A stretch of DNA of 64,000 nt from Escherichia coli O157:H7. Its GTDB lineage: Bacteria > Pseudomonadota > Gammaproteobacteria > Enterobacterales > Enterobacteriaceae. The stretch is taken from the NCBI RefSeq assembly GCF_013167455.1, contig NZ_CP038328.1; one strand, 5' to 3'. The translations under genes and the position numbers were made by a program. Within the stretch, counting starts at the first letter, position 1, and each line of letters begins with the position of its first letter. Shown in pieces: positions 49,698 through 59,776 of the stretch. The notes beneath the pieces are model-generated. The model was not told the origin of the DNA, ran no database searches, and was given only the letters and a program-made list of their open reading frames with translations.

Positions 49698-50240
49698 TTA
49701 GCGCATAAAAGATAAACGGCAGGAGAGATACCCCTGCCGTTTTTTATTTATCCGGTGCGCCGTAAAACCCCGTCCTTCAGGGCGGGGATATAAGGCGCGG
49801 TTTTCCACCTGACCAGGTGTTTGCTGTTGTTCAATGTATTGGCGGATGACGGATATTGGCGCACCTCCGCAGCTACTGGCAAAATAGCCAGGACTCCACA
49901 AAACGCCTTTGTAGTAATACCTGACTGCAATATCTGGTCGATCTCGTCGCAGTAACCTACCCGATACGCCTTTGAGGCTGTTTACCAGACTGGATATCGC
50001 CAGTTTGGGAGGATAGTTAGTTAACAAATGGACGTGATCTGGTTCGCCATCCATTTCAACCAGTTCAGCTTCAAAATCAGCACATACATTTGAAAAGTAA
50101 GTGCGTAGTTTTTCTGTCGCGTCATAGTCAAAAATCTGACGTCGGTATCTGGTGACAAAGAACAGATGAACATGCATCAGGAAAACACAATGCCTTCCCC
50201 GTCGGATATCGGTTTCTTTATTCATAGACCAAAGTATCAT
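49698..50240 (-). CDS. tnpA: IS200/IS605-family Y1 (HUH) transposase TnpA, with unusual C-terminal extension
   Basis: ORF contains DIRRGRHCVFLMHVHLFFVTRYRRQIF...DHVHLL (HuH motif)...SPGYFASSCGG...IRQYIEQQQ; ORF continues ~40 codons beyond the usual end, through the gltX terminator. Start may be ATG 50225 (MNKETD...). Confidence 0.75.
   Translation of the reverse strand: MILWSMNKETDIRRGRHCVFLMHVHLFFVTRYRRQIFDYDATEKLRTYFSNVCADFEAELVEMDGEPDHVHLLTNYPPKLAISSLVNSLKGVSGRLLRRDRPDIAVRYYYKGVLWSPGYFASSCGGAPISVIRQYIEQQQTPGQVENRALYPRPEGRGFTAHRINKKRQGYLSCRLSFMR
49718..49747 (+). terminator. gltX rho-independent terminator
   Basis: CGGCAGG-AGAGATACC-CCTGCCG followed by TTTTTT, 20 nt after gltX stop. Confidence 0.75.
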
Positions 50241-50247
50241 TTGGCCT

Positions 50248-50583
50248 GTGAAACGACTACAGGCATTTAAATTCCAGTTAAGACCAGGTGGTCAACAGGA
50301 GCGTGAAATGAGGCGCTTCGCAGGCGCATGTCGTTTCGTTTTCAATCGTGCTCTGGCGCTTCAGAATGAGAATCATGAGGCCGGTAATAAATACATCCCT
50401 TACGGGAAAATGGCTTCCTGGCTGGTTGAGTGGAAAAACGCCACTGAAACGCAATGGCTTAAAGATGCCCCGTCACAGCCATTGCAACAGTCACTGAAAG
50501 AGCTTGAGCGGGCTTACAAAAACTTCTTCCGGAAGCGGGCTGCTTTTCCCCGATTCAAAAAGCGGGGACAGAATGATGCATTC
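50248..50583 (+). pseudogene. tnpB: tnpB (RNA-guided nuclease of IS200/IS605 family), N-terminal fragment interrupted by IS629
   Basis: GTG-start ORF (M)KRLQAFKFQLRPGGQQEREMRRFAGACRFVFNRALA..., typical TnpB N-terminus; terminates at the first triplet (TGA) of the IS629 left end. Confidence 0.8.
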
Positions 50584-50637
50584 TGAACCGCCCCGGGAAT
50601 CCTGGAGACTAAACTCCCTGAGAAAGAGGTAAACAGG

Positions 50638-50964
50638 ATGACTAAAAATACACGTTTTTCCCCCGAGGTCCGTCAACGAGCAGTTCGTATGGTTCTGGAA
50701 AGTCAGGGCGAATATGACTCACAATGGGCGGCAATTTGTTCCATTGCCCCAAAGATTGGCTGTACACCAGAGACTCTGCGTGTGTGGGTTCGTCAGCATG
50801 AGCGGGATACCGGGAGTGGTGATGGTGGACTCACCACCGCTGAACGTCAGCGTCTGAAAGAGCTGGAACGTGAAAATCGTGAACTGCGCCGCAGTAACGA
50901 TATCCTTCGCCAGGCTTCCGCTTATTTTGCGAAGGCGGAGTTCGACCGCCTCTGGAAAAAATAA
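50638..50964 (+). CDS. IS629 OrfA (HTH / leucine-zipper transposase N-terminal protein)
   Basis: 108-aa [60 protein letters not shown]... Confidence 0.9.
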   Translation: MTKNTRFSPEVRQRAVRMVLESQGEYDSQWAAICSIAPKIGCTPETLRVWVRQHERDTGSGDGGLTTAERQRLKELERENRELRRSNDILRQASAYFAKAEFDRLWKK

Positions 50965-51851
50965 TGCCGCTGCTGGATAAGCTGCGTGAGCAGTACGGGG
51001 TCGGACCGGTATGCAGTGAACTGCATATTGCCCCGTCAACGTATTACCACTGTCAGCAACAGCGACATCATCCTGATAAACGCAGTGCCCGTGCTCAGCG
51101 CGATGACTGGCTGAAGAGAGAGATACAGCGCGTATACGATGAAAATCATCAGGTGTACGGTGTGCGTAAAGTCTGGCGCCAGTTGTTACGCGAAGGTATC
51201 AGGGTGGCCAGATGTACAGTGGCGCGCCTCATGGCGGTTATGGGACTTGCCGGTGTTCTCCGGGGTAAAAAGGTCCGTACTACCGTCAGCCGGAAAGCCG
51301 TTTCCGCAGGCGACCGCGTAAACCGTCAGTTCGTGGCAGAACGTCCTGACCAGCTGTGGGTGGCTGATTTTACTTACGTCAGCACATGGCAGGGCTTCGT
51401 CTATGTGGCGTTCATCATTGATGTGTTTGCCGGATGTATCGTGGGGTGGCGAGTCTCATCGTCTATGGAAACGACATTCGTGCTGGATGCACTGGAGCAG
51501 GCGTTGTGGGCCCGTCGGCCGTCCGGCACAGTCCATCACAGTGATAAAGGTTCTCAGTATATATCACTGGCCTATACGGAGCGACTAAAAGAAGCAAAAC
51601 TGCTGGCATCAACAGGGAGTACAGGTGACTCGTATGACAACGCGATGGCGGAGAGCATCAATGGTCTTTACAAAGCGGAGGTAATACACCGTAAGAGCTG
51701 GAAAAACCGTGCAGAAGTGGAACTGGCCACACTCACGTGGGTGGACTGGTATAACAATCGACGATTGCTGGGAAGGCTGGGTCATATCCCTCCGGCAGAA
51801 GCAGAAAAAGCTTATTATGCTTCCATCAGAAACGATGATCTGGCAGCCTGA
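50964..51851 (+). CDS. IS629 OrfB (DDE integrase-type catalytic domain), expressed as OrfAB by -1 frameshift
   Basis: 295-aa ORF in -1 frame relative to orfA with DDE-region sequence (WVADFTYV...HSDKGSQY...NAMAESINGLYKAE); A-rich slippery stretch GGAAAAAATAATG at the overlap. Confidence 0.9.
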   Translation: MPLLDKLREQYGVGPVCSELHIAPSTYYHCQQQRHHPDKRSARAQRDDWLKREIQRVYDENHQVYGVRKVWRQLLREGIRVARCTVARLMAVMGLAGVLRGKKVRTTVSRKAVSAGDRVNRQFVAERPDQLWVADFTYVSTWQGFVYVAFIIDVFAGCIVGWRVSSSMETTFVLDALEQALWARRPSGTVHHSDKGSQYISLAYTERLKEAKLLASTGSTGDSYDNAMAESINGLYKAEVIHRKSWKNRAEVELATLTWVDWYNNRRLLGRLGHIPPAEAEKAYYASIRNDDLAA

Positions 51852-51896
51852 GTTCACAGATAAAACACTCTCCAGGAAAACCGGGGCGGTTCATTC

Positions 51897-52769
51897 CGCT
51901 ACCCGCAGGGCGTTAAGCTCGATCAGGAAAACAGCCGTATTTTTCTGCCGAAACTTGGCTGGATGCGCTACCTGAACAGCCGTCAGGTCACGGGTGTTGT
52001 GAAAAATGTCACTGTCAGCCAGTCCTGCGGTAAGTGGTACATCAGTATTCAGACAGAAAGTGAAGTATCAACTCCGGTTCACCCTTCAGCATCAATGGTC
52101 GGACTGGATGCTGGCGTGGCTAAACTCGCCACGCTGTCAGATGGCACAGTCTTTGAGCCTGTAAACAGTTTTCAGAAAAACCAGAAGAAGTTGGCGAGAC
52201 TTCAGCGACAGTTAAGCCGCAAGGTCAAATTCAGCAATAACTGGCAGAAGCAGAAACGCAAAATACAGCGACTGCATTCCTGTACCGCAAATATCCGCAG
52301 GGACTACCTTCACAAAGTCACAACGACCGTCAGCAAAAACCACGCAATGATAGTCATTGAGGATTTGAAGGTCAGCAACATGTCAAAGTCAGCAGCGGGT
52401 ACGGTCAGCCAGCCGGGGCGCAATGTCCGGGCAAAATCAGGTTTAAACCGTTCGATACTGGATCAGGGCTGGTATGAAATGCGCCGCCAGCTTGAGTACA
52501 AGCAGCTCTGGCGTGGCGGTCAGGTACTGGCTGTTCCGCCAGCGTACACAAGCCAGCGTTGCGCGTGCTGTGGTCATACAGCGAAAGAAAACCGCCTGTC
52601 ACAAAGTAAATTCAGATGCCAGGTATGTGGATATACAGCGAACGCCGATGTAAACGGCGCTCGTAACATTTTAGCGGCGGGGCACGCCGTTCTTGCCTGT
52701 GGAGAGATGGTGCAGTCAGGCCGCTCGTTGAAGCAGGAACCCACCGAAATGATTCAGGCGACAGCCTGA
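51897..52769 (+). pseudogene. tnpB: tnpB C-terminal fragment (RuvC-like nuclease and zinc-finger portion)
   Basis: In frame with N-terminal fragment once IS629 plus one TTC copy are removed (about 402 aa reconstructed); contains GLDAG (RuvC-I Asp), IVIEDLKV (RuvC-II Glu), CACCGH...[18 protein letters not shown] (Zn finger and RuvC-III). Confidence 0.8.
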
Positions 52770-52808
52770 ACGTAGCAGGGATCCTCGTCATTCAGGGCGT
52801 GGAGGATG

Positions 52809-53201
52809 TCAAGCTGATTCATCTATGTCGAGACGAGCAAGGAAATTACGAATTCCTTCGCGTGACAAAAATTGCGCAACTTTTTCCTGCTCACTGTGAG
52901 TCATGTTGTCTATTGCACTGATGATTTGCCGATAAGCAGGAGTGCGAATCCCCGGTGCGTATTCGGCAAGGGGTTCTTCGGCTTCCAGAAGCATCGGTGT
53001 GTTATGGAAGGCTGGCGTGTTCTGAATAAACTCGCAAACTTGCGTATCGACCAGAATAAGTCTGGCACGACCGCCTTTCACGCCGGGAAATTTTTCCGTT
53101 TTCCAGCCTTTTTCTCTGATCCAACGGTTAACAGTTTGTTTAGCCACACCGAGGCATTCAGCCAGTTCTTCGGTGGTCATTTTATTGCGTAATCTTTTCA
53201 T
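52809..53201 (-). CDS. yfeD: HTH DNA-binding protein YfeD
   Basis: 130-aa ORF MKRLRNKMTTEELAECLGVAKQTVNRWIREKGW...; paralogous to adjacent yfeC. Confidence 0.85.
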   Translation of the reverse strand: MKRLRNKMTTEELAECLGVAKQTVNRWIREKGWKTEKFPGVKGGRARLILVDTQVCEFIQNTPAFHNTPMLLEAEEPLAEYAPGIRTPAYRQIISAIDNMTHSEQEKVAQFLSREGIRNFLARLDIDESA

Positions 53202-53202
53202 A

Positions 53203-53562
53203 TTATTTGCTATCGCGAATCCCTAAGCGTTGTAACAATCCGATAATCCCTTCCCGCAGAAGCAAGGATGTAAACTGTTTTTGTTCAACTGGCGTCATCT
53301 CTTTCGCCAGTGTCACCAGCAATACTTCAAGCGGCGCATCACCAGAAAGGGCAGGCGCTTCTCCCTGACCTTCTGGACGTTCAGCATTACGAATATATTC
53401 ACGAACCTGTTCATTGACGTGAACCAGTCGGGCTTTGCCACCCTGGACGCCAGGTTTTGGTGACGTTGTCCAGCCTTCCTTGCGTACCCATTTATTAATG
53501 GTCTGGCGGCTATAGCCGGTCAGTCTGGCAAGTTCATCTGGTGTCATCCTCTCCTTGAACAT
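53203..53562 (-). CDS. yfeC: HTH DNA-binding protein YfeC
   Basis: 119-aa ORF MFKERMTPDELARLTGYSRQTINKWVRKEGW...; true start may be a few codons downstream. Confidence 0.8.
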   Translation of the reverse strand: MFKERMTPDELARLTGYSRQTINKWVRKEGWTTSPKPGVQGGKARLVHVNEQVREYIRNAERPEGQGEAPALSGDAPLEVLLVTLAKEMTPVEQKQFTSLLLREGIIGLLQRLGIRDSK

Positions 53563-53720
53563 AACAATTCCCTGAATGTATGTGGGTCTATTAGTAGTTC
53601 ATTTTATAGCACCACTTTACAGGAAACCGTGACATGAATAACTACTGAATGCGAGCGGTTTTCCAAAATTGTTCATTTGCCTGATTTTTCAGCGATTGAA
53701 ACTACACGTTGCAATTTGCC

Positions 53721-53749
53721 GTTGACACATTCGGGCGGAATTCATATGA
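53721..53749 (+). promoter_or_regulatory. sigma-70 promoter of alaW-alaX tRNA operon
   Basis: TTGACA-N17-TATGAT with GC-rich discriminator GCCGCCCG, ~35 nt upstream of alaW. Confidence 0.7.
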
Positions 53750-53782
53750 TGCCGCCCGTCAACTCGACAAGCTTTACGTGAC

Positions 53783-53858
<76 letters not shown>

Positions 53859-53897
53859 AATTTTGCACCCAGCAAATTTGGTACGTAAACGCATCGT

Positions 53898-53973
<76 letters not shown>

Positions 53974-54180
53974 AATTTCCAACCCTCGCTGCAAAGCGGG
54001 GGTTTTTTGTCTCTGCTTTTTGCCGCTTTTGTAATACAGTCTACGTCCGGGTTAGTGCCGCCTGGTGAAAGCATCATTGGATGAAAAATCGGCAACAGGA
54101 TGGCCCCTGTTTGCTTCGCAATGCGAATAAACTTATTATTTGTGTGCCTGAAAACCCCGATCAGTGAGAGTAGTGTACTC

Positions 54181-56370
54181 ATGTTTGTGGAGCATAACCT
54201 GATAAAAAATATCAAGATATTCACACTAGCGTTTACGCTCACCGTGGTACTTATTCAGCTATCCCGTTTTATTTCGCCACTTGCCATTATCCATTCCAGT
54301 TATATCTTTCTGGCGTGGATGCCACTGTGCGTAATGCTGTCAATCTTGTTTATCTTTGGCTGGCGCGGTGTCGTTCCCGTTTTATGCGGGATGTTTTGCA
54401 CCAATCTGTGGAACTTTCATCTCTCTTTTTTACAGACTGCGGTCATGCTCGGTAGCCAGACGTTTGTCGTGTTGTGTGCCTGCGCAATATTACGCTGGCA
54501 GCTGGGGACGCGTTGGCGTTATGGATTGACCAGCCGATATGTCTGGCAACGTCTGTTCTGGCTTGGTTTGGTGACGCCGATCGGCATCAAATGCAGCATG
54601 TATCTTGTGGGGAGCTTCTTTGATTTCCCGCTAAAGATATCCACCTTTTTCGGCGATGCGGATGCCATTTTCACGGTCGTTGATTTGCTAAGCCTTTTCA
54701 CCGCTGTGCTGATTTACAACATGCTTTTCTACTATCTCACTCGCATGATTGTAAGTCCCCACTTTGCGCAGATATTGTGGCGCAGGGATATCGCTCCGTC
54801 GTTGGGCAAAGAGAAACGCGCATTTACCTTAAGCTGGCTGGCAGCGTTAAGCGTGCTGCTACTTCTGTTGTGCACACCTTATGAAAACGACTTTATTGCC
54901 GGTTACCTGGTACCCGTTTTCTTCATCATCTTTACCCTCGGGGTCGGTAAGCTTCGCTATCCGTTTTTAAATCTCACTTGGGCTGTTTCAACGCTTTGCC
55001 TGCTGAATTACAACCAGAACTTTTTGCAAGGGGTGGAAACCGAATATTCGCTGGCATTTATTCTCGCGGTGCTGATTTCCTTTAGCGTTTGCCTGCTCTA
55101 TATGGTGCGCATTTATCATCGCAGTGAATGGCTTAATCGCCGCTGGCATTTGCAGGCGCTGACCGATCCGTTAACGCTCCTGCCCAACTTTCGTGCGTTG
55201 GAACAAGCGCCGGAGCAAGAGGCGGGCAAGAGTTTTTGCTGCCTGCGCATTGATAATCTTGAGTTTATGAGTCGTCATTACGGGTTGATGATGCGTGTTC
55301 ACTGTATCCGATCAATTTACCGTACGCTGCTGCCATTGATGCAGGAAAACGAAAAGTTGTATCAATTGCCGGGTAGTGAACTGCTGTTAGTGCTGAGCGG
55401 GCCTGAAACGGAAGGGCGACTCCAGCATATGGTTAACATCCTGAATAGTCGGCAAATTCACTGGAACAATACCGGGCTGGATATGGGCTATGGTGCTGCC
55501 TGGGGGCGTTTTGATGGAAATCAGGAAACCCTGCAACCCTTGTTGGGGCAGTTAAGCTGGCTGGCGGAGCAATCCTGCGCACATCATCATGTGCTGGCGC
55601 TGGATAGCCGAGAGGAGATGGTTTCCGGGCAGACCACTAAACAGGTGCTATTGCTGAATACCATTCGCACGGCGTTAGATCAGGGTGATTTGCTGCTCTA
55701 CGCCCAGCCAATTCGCAACAAAGAGGGTGAAGGTTATGATGAGGTCCTCGCGCGACTGAAATATGACGGCGGCATTATGACCCCGGATAAGTTTCTGCCC
55801 CTTATTGCTCAGTTTAACCTTAGCGCGCGTTTTGATTTGCAAGTGCTGGAATCCTTGTTGAAGTGGCTGGCAACACACCCTTGCGACAAAAAAGGCCCGC
55901 GCTTTTCAGTTAATTTAATGCCGCTCACGCTGCTGCAAAAGAATATTGCCGGGCGGATTATTCGTCTATTTAAGCGTTATCACATCTCCCCGCAGGCGGT
56001 CATTCTTGAGATCACCGAGGAGCAGGCGTTTTCTAACGCAGAAAGCAGCATGTACAACATCGAGCAGCTGCATAAGTTTGGTTTCCGGATTGCGATTGAT
56101 GACTTTGGCACCGGCTATGCCAACTACGAACGGTTAAAGCGTTTGCAGGCTGATATCATCAAAATTGATGGCGTCTTTGTGAAAGATATTGTCACGAATA
56201 CGCTGGATGCGATGATTGTGAGATCAATTACCGATCTGGCGAAAGCGAAGTCATTGAGTGTGGTCGCGGAGTTTGTCGAGACGCAACAGCAACAGGCGCT
56301 ATTGCATAAGCTCGGGGTGCAATATCTGCAAGGGTATTTGATTGGTCGCCCGCAGCCATTAGCTGATTAA
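54181..56370 (+). CDS. pdeA: membrane-anchored GGDEF-EAL protein, c-di-GMP phosphodiesterase PdeA (YfeA)
   Basis: ORF track 54100..56370; 729-aa product from ATG 54181 with N-terminal multi-TM (MASE-like) region and C-terminal EAL-type sequence. Confidence 0.85.
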   Translation: MFVEHNLIKNIKIFTLAFTLTVVLIQLSRFISPLAIIHSSYIFLAWMPLCVMLSILFIFGWRGVVPVLCGMFCTNLWNFHLSFLQTAVMLGSQTFVVLCACAILRWQLGTRWRYGLTSRYVWQRLFWLGLVTPIGIKCSMYLVGSFFDFPLKISTFFGDADAIFTVVDLLSLFTAVLIYNMLFYYLTRMIVSPHFAQILWRRDIAPSLGKEKRAFTLSWLAALSVLLLLLCTPYENDFIAGYLVPVFFIIFTLGVGKLRYPFLNLTWAVSTLCLLNYNQNFLQGVETEYSLAFILAVLISFSVCLLYMVRIYHRSEWLNRRWHLQALTDPLTLLPNFRALEQAPEQEAGKSFCCLRIDNLEFMSRHYGLMMRVHCIRSIYRTLLPLMQENEKLYQLPGSELLLVLSGPETEGRLQHMVNILNSRQIHWNNTGLDMGYGAAWGRFDGNQETLQPLLGQLSWLAEQSCAHHHVLALDSREEMVSGQTTKQVLLLNTIRTALDQGDLLLYAQPIRNKEGEGYDEVLARLKYDGGIMTPDKFLPLIAQFNLSARFDLQVLESLLKWLATHPCDKKGPRFSVNLMPLTLLQKNIAGRIIRLFKRYHISPQAVILEITEEQAFSNAESSMYNIEQLHKFGFRIAIDDFGTGYANYERLKRLQADIIKIDGVFVKDIVTNTLDAMIVRSITDLAKAKSLSVVAEFVETQQQQALLHKLGVQYLQGYLIGRPQPLAD

Positions 56371-56377
56371 CAGGCGT

Positions 56378-56408
56378 AAAAAAGCCGGGGAATTATCCCC
56401 GGCTTTTT
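56378..56408. terminator. bidirectional rho-independent terminator between convergent pdeA and nupC
   Basis: AAAAAAGCCGGGG-AATTAT-CCCCGGCTTTTTT perfect hairpin flanked by A- and T-runs. Confidence 0.8.
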
Positions 56409-56419
56409 TATGTATGGTC

Positions 56420-57622
56420 TTACAGCACCAGTGCTGCGATTGACGCAGACAGCACACTCACCAGGGTAGAGCCGTAAACCAGCTTCAGACCGAAGCGAGA
56501 AACCACGTTACCTTGCTCTTCATTCAGGCCTTTAACTGCACCTGCGATAATCCCGATTGAAGAGAAGTTAGCGAAGGAAACCAGGAACACAGAGATGATG
56601 CCTTCAGCACGCGGAGAGAGTGTAGAGGCAATTTTCTGAAGATCCATCATCGCAACGAACTCGTTGGAAACCAGTTTGGTCGCCATGATACTGCCCACTT
56701 GCAGTGCTTCACTGGAAGGAACACCCATCACCCATGCAATCGGATAGAAGATGTAGCCCAGGATGCCCTGGAAGGAGATGCTGTAGCCAATCCAGCCAGT
56801 CACGGTAGCAAACAGTGCGTTCAGCGCGGCGATCAGGGCGATAAAGCCAATCAGCATTGCGGCAACGATAATGGCAACTTTGAAACCTGCCAGAATGTAT
56901 TCACCCAGCATTTCGAAGAAGCTCTGACCTTCGTGCAGGTTGGACATCTGAATGTTTTCTTCACAGGCATCAACACGGTAAGGGTTGATCAGCGACAGCA
57001 CGATAAAGGTGCTGAACATGTTCAGTACCAGCGCTGCAACGACGTATTTTGGTTCCAGCATGGTCATGTATGCACCAACGATGGACATAGAAACGGTGGA
57101 CATCGCCGTTGCTGCCATGGTGTACATACGGTTACGGGAGATTTTGCCAAGGATATCTTTATAGGCAATAAAGTTTTCAGACTGACCCAGAATCAGGGAG
57201 CTGACGGCGTTAAAGGATTCCAGTTTGCCCATGCCGTTGACTTTGGAGAGCAGGAAACCAATTGCGCGGATAATCACCGGCAACACGCGAATGTGCTGGA
57301 GAATACCGATCAGTGCAGAGATAAAGACGATTGGGCACAGCACTTTCAGGAAGAAGAATGCCAGGCCTTGATCATTCATGCTACCAAAGACGAAGTTAGT
57401 CCCTTCGTTGGCAAATCCGAGCAGTTTTTCGAACATTTCGGAGAAGCCTTTCACGAAGCCTAAACCAACGTCGGAGTTCAGGAAGAACCACGCCAGTAAC
57501 ACTTCGATAACAAGCAGTTGAATAACATAACGGATACGAATTTTTTTGCGGTCGCTGCTTACCAGCAGTGCGAGGATCGCAACAACGGCAAGTGCCAGTA
57601 CAAAATGAAGGACGCGGTCCAT
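56420..57622 (-). CDS. nupC: nucleoside:H+ symporter
   Basis: ORF track 56420..57661 (GTG); 400-aa product from ATG 57622 ([21 protein letters not shown]...). Confidence 0.92.
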   Translation of the reverse strand: MDRVLHFVLALAVVAILALLVSSDRKKIRIRYVIQLLVIEVLLAWFFLNSDVGLGFVKGFSEMFEKLLGFANEGTNFVFGSMNDQGLAFFFLKVLCPIVFISALIGILQHIRVLPVIIRAIGFLLSKVNGMGKLESFNAVSSLILGQSENFIAYKDILGKISRNRMYTMAATAMSTVSMSIVGAYMTMLEPKYVVAALVLNMFSTFIVLSLINPYRVDACEENIQMSNLHEGQSFFEMLGEYILAGFKVAIIVAAMLIGFIALIAALNALFATVTGWIGYSISFQGILGYIFYPIAWVMGVPSSEALQVGSIMATKLVSNEFVAMMDLQKIASTLSPRAEGIISVFLVSFANFSSIGIIAGAVKGLNEEQGNVVSRFGLKLVYGSTLVSVLSASIAALVL

Positions 57623-57892
57623 ATTTGCTCCAAATATGAGGCAGGTTAAATTTCCGTGCACATTCTATGTAACATGGTTAAGGAAAACGAGATCTGACAC
57701 ACACTATAATGACGTCCTGTGACAAGCTTCAAAAATAGTGAGCTGTCATACATTTCTGCTATGTTGTGTATGGAAGCTGAAAGTTATGTAAATGTGCTAA
57801 CATTAAACATAACCATAACATTCAAGTCATCAATCTTTTCGTAGTCATAATCCTGGTCTATCAGAGAAATCACCACAACCCATTTAAATGAA

Positions 57893-57944
57893 TTTGATAA
57901 TCATTCTCGTTTGGCATAGCATGAAACATAGCAAAGGCTATGTT
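57893..57944 (+). promoter_or_regulatory. mntH control region: Fur-box-like site (about 57893-57908) and MntR operator inverted repeat (about 57923-57944)
   Basis: TGATAATCATTCTC resembles Fur box; AAACATAGC-AAAG-GCTATGTTT is a perfect 9-bp inverted repeat matching the MntR box as recalled from the mntH literature. Confidence 0.7.
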
Positions 57945-57948
57945 TTAG

Positions 57949-59196
<1,248 letters not shown>

Positions 59197-59227
59197 TTGA
59201 ATGAGCGTCGCATCTGGCACTATTGGC

Positions 59228-59312
59228 GATGCGGCGTAAACGCCTTATCCGCCCTACGCGTTAAAGAGCCGGTTTGTAGGCCTGATAAGACGCACTAGCG
59301 TCGCATCAGGCC
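59228..59312. repeat. REP (repetitive extragenic palindromic) elements, two units, between mntH and ypeC
   Basis: GATGCGGCGTAAACGCCTTATCCGCCCTAC and GTAGGCCTGATAAGACGCACTAGCGTCGCATCAGGCC, typical REP palindromes. Confidence 0.8.
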
Positions 59313-59335
59313 TTGTGCTCCATTGGCGAATGTGT

Positions 59336-59662
59336 TTAATGGCGGTGTCCATGTCCGCGGCCTTTTCCGCGATGATCGTCACGATCGCGCCAGCCTTCAC
59401 GATAGCCACGCTCATATGCTTTACGCTTATCCCAGCCACGATGGTAGCCATTATCATGACGCCACCAGCGGTTTTTACGCCATTCATAATTGCGATGCCA
59501 GTAGTCACGGTCGCGCCAGTGACCACCGTCCCAGTAATTACCGTAATGATCGCGATCGCCAATTTGTAATTTGATTGATGGCAGTAGGGTGATTTCGCCT
59601 GCGTTTGCTGCAAGCGGGGTAAATGCCATCAGGGCGGCCGCCAGAAACAGTGACCTGAACAT
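59336..59662 (-). CDS. ypeC: periplasmic DUF2502-family protein YpeC (signal peptide; W/R/H/D-rich repeats; His-rich C-terminus)
   Basis: 108-aa [24 protein letters not shown]... ending [12 protein letters not shown]. Confidence 0.8.
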
Positions 59663-59776
59663 TGTTATTCTCCTTCACGATCGAAGCCGTCAGCGGCCTG
59701 TTAACGCAATATTACGGGGAGGTAAAGCCCCGTATCATCGCCATAACTCTTAAATCATAAAGGAGAGCATTTTTTG

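Larger units (their letters stand above)
50584..51893 (+). mobile_element. IS3-family insertion sequence, recognised as IS629 (1310 bp)
   Basis: Imperfect terminal inverted repeats TGAACCGCCCCGG at both ends (50584.. and reverse complement ending 51893); 3-bp direct repeat TTC at 50581-50583 and 51894-51896; two overlapping ORFs in 0/-1 frames. Name from recall of IS629 OrfA and length. Confidence 0.88.
49750..52800 (+). mobile_element. IS200/IS605-family insertion sequence (tnpA + tnpB), itself carrying a nested IS629; boundaries approximate
   Basis: HUH Y1 transposase ORF and TnpB ORF divergently arranged between gltX terminator and yfeD stop. K-12 has only ~47 bp here (from recall), leaving about 1.75 kb for this element after subtracting IS629. 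Confidence 0.65.
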
